Shown here: positions 7,384-14,893 of the stretch, one piece after another | Layout of the letters: the number at the start of each line of letters is the position of its first letter | Numbering within the stretch: the stretch's first letter is position 1 | DNA from: Trichlorobacter lovleyi SZ | GTDB lineage: Bacteria > Desulfobacterota > Desulfuromonadia > Geobacterales > Pseudopelobacteraceae | Assembly (NCBI RefSeq): GCF_000020385.1 | Contig: NC_010814.1 | Coordinates: 2,520,001-2,552,000, forward strand | DNA length: 32,000 nt | Reading direction: 5' to 3' | The notes under the pieces: model-generated | What the model was told of the DNA's origin: nothing | The model's input: the letters and a program-made list of their open reading frames with translations, nothing else | The model's database searches: none | Position numbers and translations under genes: made by a program

Positions 7384-10010
7384 TATGCTCTCTCCTGCAA
7401 CCAATAACGCTTAGTATGCTGATGCGGAAAAATACCCGTACAATCATGGCAGATTGTCTCGCAATAGCCATCACCGCTTTGCTGATTTTTCAATAACGCC
7501 CTGCAATACCGGTATGCTTCGCCATTCCAGATTTCCCAGAAGTCGTCAGTAACAATATTGCCAATACGGTATTCCCGCATGCCTGAAGGGAAACAACAGG
7601 TATACCAGTCGCCGTTCCAATCGATCGTTACATGGTTGTACGGTTCTGAACATGATCTCATGGTCCCGTAGGGAAAGTGTGGCTGAAAATCCGGATGCGA
7701 CGGTATGTAACCGTTAGCTTGAGCCTTGACCCGACCATGTTGAGACATGTACGACATTTTTACAAAATGCACCGAATCAACACCTTTTGCCTTCCAGAAC
7801 TGTTCATACTGCGGCATCTGGTGTTCATTAAAGGCAAAAACAATACATTGCATTTCTATATGCGGCTGCAGTGTACGCATGCGGCGTTTTTGCAGAATAA
7901 TATTTTCAACTGACGCCACAACCTTAGCAAAATCACCACCGGAACGATATTTTTGATAGGTTGCCTGGTCGAGGCCATCACATGAGACAATCAGCTTATC
8001 AAGCCCTGACTGAATCAGTTGCAGACCTGTTTCCTCAGTGTACAGCATCATGTTGGTACTCAGTTGAGTACGGACATGATAGCCCTTTGCATATTCAATA
8101 CATCGAAACAGGTCTTTATTAAGAAGCGGCTCTCCCCAGTTATAGAGTAAAAGTGACTCGATCTCCGGCAAAAGCTTATCCAAACCGGCCTTAAAGGTTG
8201 CAAGGCGCATCGTGCCCCGCTCTACACCCGGAAAATGCTGTCTCATCGCCCCCGTGTTACACAGTGAGCACTGCAAGTTACAACTGTTTGACATCTCGAA
8301 GATGGCATAGGTCGGTTTGTTTTTGATTGTCATCAGCTGATGTTGCGCAGAAAACTGACTGAGGCATGAGTTAATCATGCGACGAGTCTGCAGCTCTTTT
8401 TGTTGCCCTCCGGCTTCACAGCAATGCGCTAAAAAATACTGTTTGTGCACAGGCGTATCAACTTGCCTGATAAAGTCGCCAAGCTGGTTGTAGTGAGACC
8501 ATTCAGCAGCATCTGCTACCGGTGTTTTACTGTTTTCTGGGGCAATGCGCTTAAACACAAATCCCTCAAAGGTTGAAGGGATGTTAACGCTGTCCTGGGC
8601 TGAAAAATTTGCCACTATCTCATACTCAGCCGAAAACAGCTGGAGAAACTTCTTTTTCGAGAAAAACCATGCCGGATAGGAGGCCTCATAAATTTCCGGG
8701 GATACAAACTGCACCGTTAAACGGTCATTGTCCCCCTCTACAAAAGGGGTCCGGTCAAAAAGTATATAGTCGAAGTTGTAGGCAAGCAATTCTTGAATGA
8801 ATTCGTATGGGTTTTCCAGATACTCAATTGCAGCCGACAGCAGAATTATTGAGGGTTTTTGGCTTTGCACACACTTAGACAGGCTGCTGAAGAATCTCAG
8901 ACAGGTATCAGCAATTGACAGATTGCCGTATTCAGCGAAATGAGGCTGTTCAACGACATTCCACTTCAGCTCCCTGATGCCTGTCAGATATCCCCTTAAG
9001 GCAAAGTAGGTGCTTCCCAGTGAGCCTCCAAAATCAATCAGATTAAGTGAACTGTCATATTCGGAGGCAATATGCGGCAGCCAATATGCAAGAGGTGCTA
9101 TCCATTCATAAGGGATTGCATGAAAGACCACTGAGTCCCGTTCATAGGCGGCCTGTCCTGACTTTACCTGCAGTGCAGCATCTTTAACCTTTTCAAAAAT
9201 ATGAGGTGCATCATAGCCTTCCGCATGCTGCACGGCTTCTGCCCATGTAGAAAAATCACCGAAAAAGCCGTATTCATTATTTTTCCTTTGAAAGGGCACA
9301 CTCGCCAGAGAGGTGTCAGCAAACAATTCGTCAAAAGCAACCTGCGGAAAGATATCCGGTGAACCGCTCCTGGTTGCATCCAGGATTGAAACTCCCGCTT
9401 GGGCAGCAACAGCTGCCAGCACCTGATACTGGCGCAACAGCTGCAGATGTCCGGCACGGTGCAGCTCTACCGGCCGGTCATGGCCGTAGCCGAGCAGATA
9501 AACCTCCTTAAATCCCATATAAATCGCCGCCTGCAGTGCCATGACACAAGCCGCTTGCGTCCCTACAACCGGTTGCGTCAAATCGATCCCCTGACACAGC
9601 AAAAAATCAGGGGATGCAGAACAGTCCAGATAATAGGTTTCTGCATCAGCGATCGCCTTGCTTGTACTGTTTCTTTTGATGTCGGCAAGAGAGCAAAGCA
9701 TGACCATTTCCGGGGCATGCACACGAAGAACATTGTCGAGCGACTGCATCCAGGCATCCCAGGCTTCTTCAGAGATTGACGGACGGAAGGGGGGCAGGCA
9801 GAGATAACGGGGTTTCAGACAGCCATAGTCAAAACAAGCAGCAAAGGTACCGGCAGCAATGCAGATTTCATCTTTCAGCAACGCAAGATCATGGCTTCTT
9901 GTTGAAGACTCATCCGCAATGATAAAGCAGCGTAAGCCCCGGTGGCGATCATGAAGTACAGCATTGCGCTCACGTATATGCTGTCGTACTATTTCCGGAA
10001 GCACGTACAC
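7383..10010 (-). CDS. Triple-fusion enzyme (875 aa): DUF115/Maf-like N-domain, LIC12133 (TIGR04325)-type putative methyltransferase, radical SAM with SPASM-type C-terminal Cys cluster
   Basis: - N-terminus (nt about 9950-9320): RCFIIADESS...DLALLKDE...VYLLGYGHD resembles the DUF115/MptE-like fold, but the usual GNGPS motif is degenerate.
- Middle (from nt 9281): NNEYGFFGDFSTWAEAVQHAEGYD...LIDFGGSLGSTYF...EYLENPY, which I recall as the LIC12133 methyltransferase family.
- C-terminus (from nt about 8330): FEMSNSCNLQCSLCN is a CX3CX2C radical SAM motif. It is followed by extra Cys motifs (CSEPY...WYTCCF...CETICHDC) typical of SPASM/twitch domains. Confidence 0.7.
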   Translation of the reverse strand: MYVLPEIVRQHIRERNAVLHDRHRGLRCFIIADESSTRSHDLALLKDEICIAAGTFAACFDYGCLKPRYLCLPPFRPSISEEAWDAWMQSLDNVLRVHAPEMVMLCSLADIKRNSTSKAIADAETYYLDCSASPDFLLCQGIDLTQPVVGTQAACVMALQAAIYMGFKEVYLLGYGHDRPVELHRAGHLQLLRQYQVLAAVAAQAGVSILDATRSGSPDIFPQVAFDELFADTSLASVPFQRKNNEYGFFGDFSTWAEAVQHAEGYDAPHIFEKVKDAALQVKSGQAAYERDSVVFHAIPYEWIAPLAYWLPHIASEYDSSLNLIDFGGSLGSTYFALRGYLTGIRELKWNVVEQPHFAEYGNLSIADTCLRFFSSLSKCVQSQKPSIILLSAAIEYLENPYEFIQELLAYNFDYILFDRTPFVEGDNDRLTVQFVSPEIYEASYPAWFFSKKKFLQLFSAEYEIVANFSAQDSVNIPSTFEGFVFKRIAPENSKTPVADAAEWSHYNQLGDFIRQVDTPVHKQYFLAHCCEAGGQQKELQTRRMINSCLSQFSAQHQLMTIKNKPTYAIFEMSNSCNLQCSLCNTGAMRQHFPGVERGTMRLATFKAGLDKLLPEIESLLLYNWGEPLLNKDLFRCIEYAKGYHVRTQLSTNMMLYTEETGLQLIQSGLDKLIVSCDGLDQATYQKYRSGGDFAKVVASVENIILQKRRMRTLQPHIEMQCIVFAFNEHQMPQYEQFWKAKGVDSVHFVKMSYMSQHGRVKAQANGYIPSHPDFQPHFPYGTMRSCSEPYNHVTIDWNGDWYTCCFPSGMREYRIGNIVTDDFWEIWNGEAYRYCRALLKNQQSGDGYCETICHDCTGIFPHQHTKRYWLQERA

Positions 10011-10062
10011 CTCATGGGGACAGAAGTGCTACAGAAACTGTTTGGAAAATATGTCACAGGAA

Positions 10063-10815
10063 TCACCACGTTAAATCTTTTTCATAGCCAAGTTCTATCA
10101 GCGCGTTACCGGCATGCTTCTTAAAAATATATTTACTTGTGTCATCAAATATATTTTTCCAGTCACCGACTATTCCTTTTCTGACGAATTCACCTTTAAA
10201 AAAACTGAGGCTGGCACGCATATTTGATTTAGAGTGTTTTTCCAGTGCCAACCCAATAGCGTCTCGCGAAAAATCAAACCCGAGCCTATGGCCAAGACTA
10301 TTGAGTGTCGTAACAGGATCTTCAATCAGTTTTTCGTAACTACACACTACTTGCTGTTTACCACGCCATGAATCAAGGTATTCAACCCACTCTAAAGCCG
10401 TTTTTGTCAGAAAAATATTAAAAGGGATATCAAACCTGTCATTAAATCCATTCAGGACACAAAACTCTTTTTCAAAATAGTATTTAGAAACGGTAACGTC
10501 CCGGCCGTCTCTTACCAGATGTACGGTTGCGTGTTCAAAATCGTGAAGCCCGCTTCCGGGTTTCTCATGACTTTTAATAACGCAAGAGGGCGGCAGGCTG
10601 AAAGTATTTTCATTTTTGTACCAGGGGTGCATTGCCAGGTGGGGAGCATGATTAGTGTCATCCACATAAATATCGCGGGGCGGCAGTTGTAAAAGCTCTC
10701 CCAGCAGATTGCACAACCAGCTGCCGCCTGATTTGGGGTACTCAGCCACAATTATTCTCATACGTCGCCCCTGGAAAATGCCAAAGTTTGTCTCAGTTGC
10801 TGCTTGATGTGGCAC
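10063..10815 (-). CDS. PAPS-dependent sulfotransferase family protein
   Basis: It has the 5'-PSB motif YPKSGGSWL and the 3'-PB motif VHLVRDGRDVTVSKYY. The real start may be the Met at 10761 (MRIIVAEYPKSGG). The gene is visibly more AT-rich than the flanking slyD-like gene. Confidence 0.75.
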   Translation of the reverse strand: MPHQAATETNFGIFQGRRMRIIVAEYPKSGGSWLCNLLGELLQLPPRDIYVDDTNHAPHLAMHPWYKNENTFSLPPSCVIKSHEKPGSGLHDFEHATVHLVRDGRDVTVSKYYFEKEFCVLNGFNDRFDIPFNIFLTKTALEWVEYLDSWRGKQQVVCSYEKLIEDPVTTLNSLGHRLGFDFSRDAIGLALEKHSKSNMRASLSFFKGEFVRKGIVGDWKNIFDDTSKYIFKKHAGNALIELGYEKDLTW

Positions 10816-11012
10816 TTCAACAGAATCTACAAGCAGCTTCAGGTGCCGGTAAGTTGCCTATACTGGGTTTTCTGTCTAAAACAGGCCATGACGGATTTGA
10901 AGGAAGGATGCTCTATTTTGTCAAATCGGCAACTGCCCGTCCTTCTTTACCAGAACAGTTTGGCTTCTCCCCGGAAAACGGCACCACTACCGGACCGGCC
11001 ATCATCCACACA

Positions 11013-11480
11013 CTAGCGGACCGTTGCCATGCTCTTCCCGGCCTTGATCTCCCTTTCACTGGCAGGACGCACACTGATCACCGTACCTTCAAACACCAGG
11101 GCCATCCCGGCCAGGGGATGGTTGCCATCCAGCACCGCCTTGCCTTCAGCAACATCTGTAACCGTAAAGACCAGATCATTGCCGTTTTCAGTCTGCTCAA
11201 GCTGCATACCGACTTCCACCGGTTCATTGAAAGCATCAACCGATTCAATCCGTACCAGATCAGCATCATATTCGCCAAAGGCCTCAGCCGGCTGCAAGTT
11301 GACAATGATACTTTCACCTGCTGATTTGCCTTCCAGTGCCGTCTCAATCTGCGGAAAGACATCATCATAGCCACCATGCAGATAGATGAGCGGCTCCCGG
11401 CCCTCGTCAACAGGAATGCCATCAATATCGGTAACCGTATAATCAAGGGTAACAACGCTGTTTTTTGCAATTCCGGCCAT
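11013..11480 (-). CDS. slyD: FKBP-type peptidyl-prolyl cis-trans isomerase, SlyD/SlpA type (no His-rich tail)
   Basis: VVTLDYTVTDIDG...VDEG..PLIYLHGG...PQIETALEGKSAGES...AFGEYD...VLDGNHPLAGMALVFEGTVISVR gives FKBP plus insert-in-flap architecture. Confidence 0.8.
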   Translation of the reverse strand: MAGIAKNSVVTLDYTVTDIDGIPVDEGREPLIYLHGGYDDVFPQIETALEGKSAGESIIVNLQPAEAFGEYDADLVRIESVDAFNEPVEVGMQLEQTENGNDLVFTVTDVAEGKAVLDGNHPLAGMALVFEGTVISVRPASEREIKAGKSMATVR

Positions 11481-11595
11481 CTTTATCTCCTGCCTTCAAG
11501 GTTGTAAGCAGCCGGTACCATACGGCATTAAGCAGATTATGGCAACTGCAGGCTGCCCGGATGGTGGTATACTTGTCTTAACGAGGAGGTGGGGA

Positions 11596-11781
11596 ATGAA
11601 ACTGCTCAAAACCAAGGTCTGGCACTGGCGGGATATTGCATTGCTGAAATGGTGTGCGTTCCTGTTCGGTAGTGCGGTGGGTGCCTATTTTCACCAATGC
11701 GTTGTAGAGTACGCGTGGGTAATCATCATTGCCGCACTGCTGCTTGCACTCCGTCCCGCAGCAGCCTACTGGAAGGATTAA
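11596..11781 (+). CDS. Small membrane protein (61 aa), hypothetical
   Basis: ATG at 11596 follows a GAGGAGGTGGGG RBS. MKLLKTKVWHWRDIALLKWCAFLFGSAVGAYF...VIIIAALLLAL shows two hydrophobic helices. A TATACT -10-like box lies at 11567-11572. Confidence 0.45.
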   Translation: MKLLKTKVWHWRDIALLKWCAFLFGSAVGAYFHQCVVEYAWVIIIAALLLALRPAAAYWKD

Positions 11782-11822
11782 CCGACCGTGTCAGCCAACA
11801 GGTTGGCAACGGCCGTCTGCCG

Positions 11823-12827
11823 CTATAGCTGCAGGGCATACCACCAGGCGGTTACGACAAGCAGACAGCTGCATACCGCCAGCAGCACATTCAGAAAGCG
11901 GCCGGGATAGCCATAACGGCCAATCAGGACCTCGGTGAACAGCCCCAGCAGCAGCCCTGCCAAAAGGCCGAAGAAATGGGCACCGACATCGGTGTTTTTC
12001 CCCTCACTCCCTATCAGGACAAGCAGCGAAAGCGCTGCAGCCACAGGCACGGCCCAGCGTCGTTTCTTCAGCTGGCTGTAGCGCCGCACACTGAGACCGG
12101 CCAGAATACCAACCACACCGAATACGGCGGTGGAGGCACCGATCGAATTATGCGTAGCAGGCTGGATATACCCGTTGACAAGATTGCCGAGCAGACCGGC
12201 CCCCAGCAGCAGGGTCCAGGCCAAACCGGAACCCATCTCCCGGCAGAGCAGCACAACAAATACGCCACCAATACAGAGATTACCCAGGAGATGCGACAGG
12301 TCGGCATGCAGCGTCAGGGAGGTAACCAGCCGCCACCATTCACCATCCATGATTTTACCTGACTGCATCATACCGCTTGAGAACCAGTCCGGATAGTTGC
12401 CGGCAACGGTTACCAAGTCGGAACGGACAAGATTATGGAATGCTGCAAGCAGGATCAGGATTGAAAGAGTGGTGTAAGTACCGCTATCCAGTGCCGGTCG
12501 CAGGGGCGGCAAGGGCGGCCAATTGCGGTTTTCATCTTCGTAGAGCGATATCTCCCGGACGGCTGCAGACAACTGCTCAGCAGGCACCAGCAGCCGCCAC
12601 TGTCCCTGTTCGGTCTCCTGGCTGTACGGAATCCCTTTGGATGCCAATACCACGGCCCAAACTGCCGAATAGCGAGCACCGGCAGCGACATATTCGGGTA
12701 GCAACCGCCTCCACTCGCCCGGTGGGACGGTTTCCCTGCCATGACCGTCTTCCATTTCCATTATTCCGCGTTCCCAGTTTCCCGGGCAGCAGGCACTAAA
12801 GCCCCCGGAGCCGTTCCAGCCACTCAC
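11823..12827 (-). CDS. Rhomboid family intramembrane serine protease
   Basis: It has the LTLHADLSHLLGN motif, the catalytic GASTAVFG (GxSxxxF) motif and the HFFGLLAGLLLG His motif, with six or more TM segments. The start is uncertain; Met at 12761 would remove the 32-nt overlap with the upstream gene. Confidence 0.8.
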   Translation of the reverse strand: MSGWNGSGGFSACCPGNWERGIMEMEDGHGRETVPPGEWRRLLPEYVAAGARYSAVWAVVLASKGIPYSQETEQGQWRLLVPAEQLSAAVREISLYEDENRNWPPLPPLRPALDSGTYTTLSILILLAAFHNLVRSDLVTVAGNYPDWFSSGMMQSGKIMDGEWWRLVTSLTLHADLSHLLGNLCIGGVFVVLLCREMGSGLAWTLLLGAGLLGNLVNGYIQPATHNSIGASTAVFGVVGILAGLSVRRYSQLKKRRWAVPVAAALSLLVLIGSEGKNTDVGAHFFGLLAGLLLGLFTEVLIGRYGYPGRFLNVLLAVCSCLLVVTAWWYALQL

Positions 12828-13725
12828 AAATAAAGAGCTCTATATATTCCCGGCTGACAGCACTGGCGTGCGGCGTGACAAGCACGTTGTGCTGTTCCCA
12901 CAAGGGGGATGAGGAAGGCAGCGGCTCATCGGCAAAGACATCCAGCCCGGCTCCTGCAAGGGGGCCATGGTTGAGGGCCGCCAGAAGATCTTCCTCTCGG
13001 TAGCAATTGCCACGTCCCAGGTTGTACAGGAATGAACCCGGTTTCATTGCAGCGAAATGCCGCCCGGTAAAAATACCATCGGTCTCCCTTTCACCCGGCA
13101 GCAGCAGTACAACATGGTCGGCCCGGGGAAGCTCCTGCTCCAGCCGGTCAAAGGTGATCATCCGGTCGATACAGGCCGGAAGCTCCCCTGAGACAGTACG
13201 CCTGACCCCGGTGACTCGTGCACCGAACGCCTTCAGCAACTCCGCCATGGATCGCCCCAGCGCACCACAACCAACGATCAGCACGTGCTGGCTGAAGAGC
13301 GCCACACAGCTGCTGTAGTCATTTCGCCCCCAGGTTCGCCGTTTCTGATCCTCAAGCGATGTCCCGATTCGGCGGTTGAAGTACAACATCATTGAAAGCA
13401 GGCTTTCACGCATGATCCGGCCATGGAAGCTGCCATAAAAGGTCTTCACCCTGCCTGAAGGATCTTCCGCCACCCAGTCATGTCCGGCAGCGGGGGTAAA
13501 GACAGCTTCCAGCTTCGGGGCCAGCCCTTACCACTCCGGCCTGAACGACCAGACTAGGGCGCATTCAGCTGCGGGAAGTTTTTCCAGAAAGTCGTTTTTC
13601 CCTTCGGCAACCGTGATGCAGCAGTCCGGGAGGGCCTTCTGAATATGCTCGATGTGGCATGCATTGTTGGAAAAGGCGGCTACCGCCTTGTTTTGCAGGT
13701 TAATGAGGAGATTGGTTATCTGCAT
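12796..13725 (-). pseudogene. D-isomer-specific 2-hydroxyacid dehydrogenase (NAD-binding) interrupted by one in-frame TAA
   Basis: ORFs 13528..13725 and 12796..13473 are in the same frame. Between them the sequence reads ...SFRPEW-TAA(13530..13528)-GLAPKLEAVFTPAAGHDWVAEDPSG..., which is continuous family-like sequence. The downstream part has the Rossmann motif VLIVGCGALGRSMAELLKAFGARV and ...NVLVTPHAS. Confidence 0.7.
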
Positions 13726-13840
13726 AACTTACTCGTTACGGTTCAGGATAGTGACGGCGCAACAGGTTGTCTGACGTCATTGAGTGACAGCCGGGCCAGT
13801 CCGCTCAATACCGCCCCCCCTGAAACGTCATGAAGACAGC

Positions 13841-14125
13841 TTATACTGCCTCGCCGTTGATGGCGTCACGGAGTACCGAACCGGGCTTGAATGTAAGCAC
13901 CTTACGGGCCTCAATCGTGATTGCCTCACCGGTCTGCGGATTGCGCCCACGGCGTGCAGCCTTCCGGCTGACAACAAAACTGCCAAAACCGGATATCTTG
14001 ATGGTCTCGCCAGCTTCAAGTGATTCCTTCATAATGGAAAAAACGGATTCCAGCATGACAGCGGCATCTTTTCTGGACAGGCCGATGCTGGCCTGGATTT
14101 TCTCTACTAAGTCTGTTTTGGTCAC
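13841..14125 (-). CDS. ihfA: Integration host factor subunit alpha
   Basis: GTG start with AGAGGAG RBS. MTKTDLVEKI...GLSRKDAAVMLESVF...ISGFGSFVVSRKAARRGRNPQTGEAITIEARKVLTFKPGSVL contains the IHF-type R.V.TF.PG arm rather than the HU-type. Confidence 0.75.
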   Translation of the reverse strand: MTKTDLVEKIQASIGLSRKDAAVMLESVFSIMKESLEAGETIKISGFGSFVVSRKAARRGRNPQTGEAITIEARKVLTFKPGSVLRDAINGEAV

Positions 14126-14330
14126 GACAGCTCCTCTATTTTAGTGATGTGTAGACGGTACGTCTCTTATTCAATATCCCCTGGACAGGTATTCTATAAG
14201 TTCCCGGGCGGGAGTGCCCCGTAAGCCATCCGCCTCAGGGACCAACAAGACCCGTAACTCTACAAGCAACACCGGACCGAGATCCAGGCCCTACAGTAAC
14301 ACCACACCCCGGTGTGATGGGATACTTTTT

Positions 14331-14558
14331 TCAACTGGAGTCTAAAAAAGCCTTTATCTCTTTAAGGGGTGGATGGCCGTCCCTACGCTTGAACATGCAA
14401 TTATCGGAACAGTAGTTAAGGGCACCTGCAAGCAGCTCATGAGCTATTATGATCCGCTCTGTACCCGGGTCTATAAGCACAGAATAGACATGGCTGCAGG
14501 CAGCCGGATCGATAGACTTGCCGCAATGGCAACAGTATGTCTGGTGCTGTTGATTCAT
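14331..14558 (-). CDS. Small Cys-rich hypothetical protein (75 aa), possible 4-Cys zinc ribbon
   Basis: MNQQHQTYCCHCGKS...NYCSDNCMFKRR carries a CxxC and CxxxC pair. It is the first ORF downstream of the riboswitch/terminator leader. The RBS is weak (GGGGG 16 nt upstream), so the start is uncertain. Confidence 0.45.
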   Translation of the reverse strand: MNQQHQTYCCHCGKSIDPAACSHVYSVLIDPGTERIIIAHELLAGALNYCSDNCMFKRRDGHPPLKEIKAFLDSS

Positions 14559-14682
14559 AGTGTGGTCCGTGTACCCCCGATTGGCTCCTGATAACGAAAT
14601 GAATCCGCTCCAACGGCTTTCCCACCAGGCCTCGAACTTTTTTCTGCTTAGGGGTACCGGTTTGCTTTCACACAGCTGCCTG

Positions 14683-14721
14683 AAAACAAAAAGCCTGACT
14701 TTTCTTGCGAAAAGACAGGCT
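14683..14721 (-). terminator. Intrinsic terminator forming the expression platform of the riboswitch leader
   Basis: The minus strand reads AGCCTGTCTTTTC-GCAA-GAAAAGTCAGGCT-TTTTGTTTT. This pairs 12 of 13 bp, has a GNRA loop and is followed by a U-run. It lies about 35 nt after the aptamer and about 125 nt before the ORF start at 14558. Confidence 0.8.
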
Positions 14722-14751
14722 ACATGAGAATGCCTCTATGCAGACATTCTG

Positions 14752-14838
14752 CTAACCGCTTCGGTAACCCCTCTTCCCGGTCCGGGTAGGTGGCTTTGCG
14801 TCATCCAGTCCCCTGGATTTTGCCTTTTCGGTGAAAGC
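14752..14838 (-). promoter_or_regulatory. GEMM-I (c-di-GMP-I class) riboswitch aptamer
   Basis: The minus strand reads CACCGAAAAGGCAAAAUCCAG-GGGA-CUGGAUGACGCAAAGCCACCUACCCGGACCGGGAAGAGGGGUUACCGAAGCGGU. The shared blocks, in the same order as the V. cholerae Vc2 aptamer as I recall it, are:
- GGCAAA
- a perfect 6-bp hairpin with a GNRA loop
- GACGCAAAGCC
- a second hairpin
- GGGGUUACCGA-G-GG

An outer ACCG/CGGU P1 pairing is possible. Confidence 0.75.
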
Positions 14839-14864
14839 TTTATTGTTTGTGACTATGTACTGTT

Positions 14865-14893
14865 ACTATGCTGCCACACGGAACGACTGTCAA
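14865..14893 (-). promoter_or_regulatory. Candidate sigma70 promoter for the riboswitch leader
   Basis: The minus strand has TTGACA (14893..14888), a 17-nt spacer and CATAGT (14870..14865). This puts the transcription start about 20 nt upstream of the aptamer. The -10 box is only 4/6. Confidence 0.4.

Noticed and set aside
10928-10945. A sigma54-like element lies on the minus strand upstream of the sulfotransferase operon: GG-N10-GC spacing in AAGGACGGGCAGTTGCCG with an exact TTGC -12 box.
   Set aside because: The -24 box is poor (AGGACG versus TGGCAC). One weak hit in GC-rich DNA is expected by chance.
10816-11012. Small minus-strand ORFs (about 16 and about 30 aa) upstream of the sulfotransferase were considered as possible RiPP precursor peptides for the radical SAM/SPASM enzyme.
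   Set aside because: They have no RBS and no leader/core-like features. One begins immediately after the slyD stop. There is not enough evidence to call a precursor.
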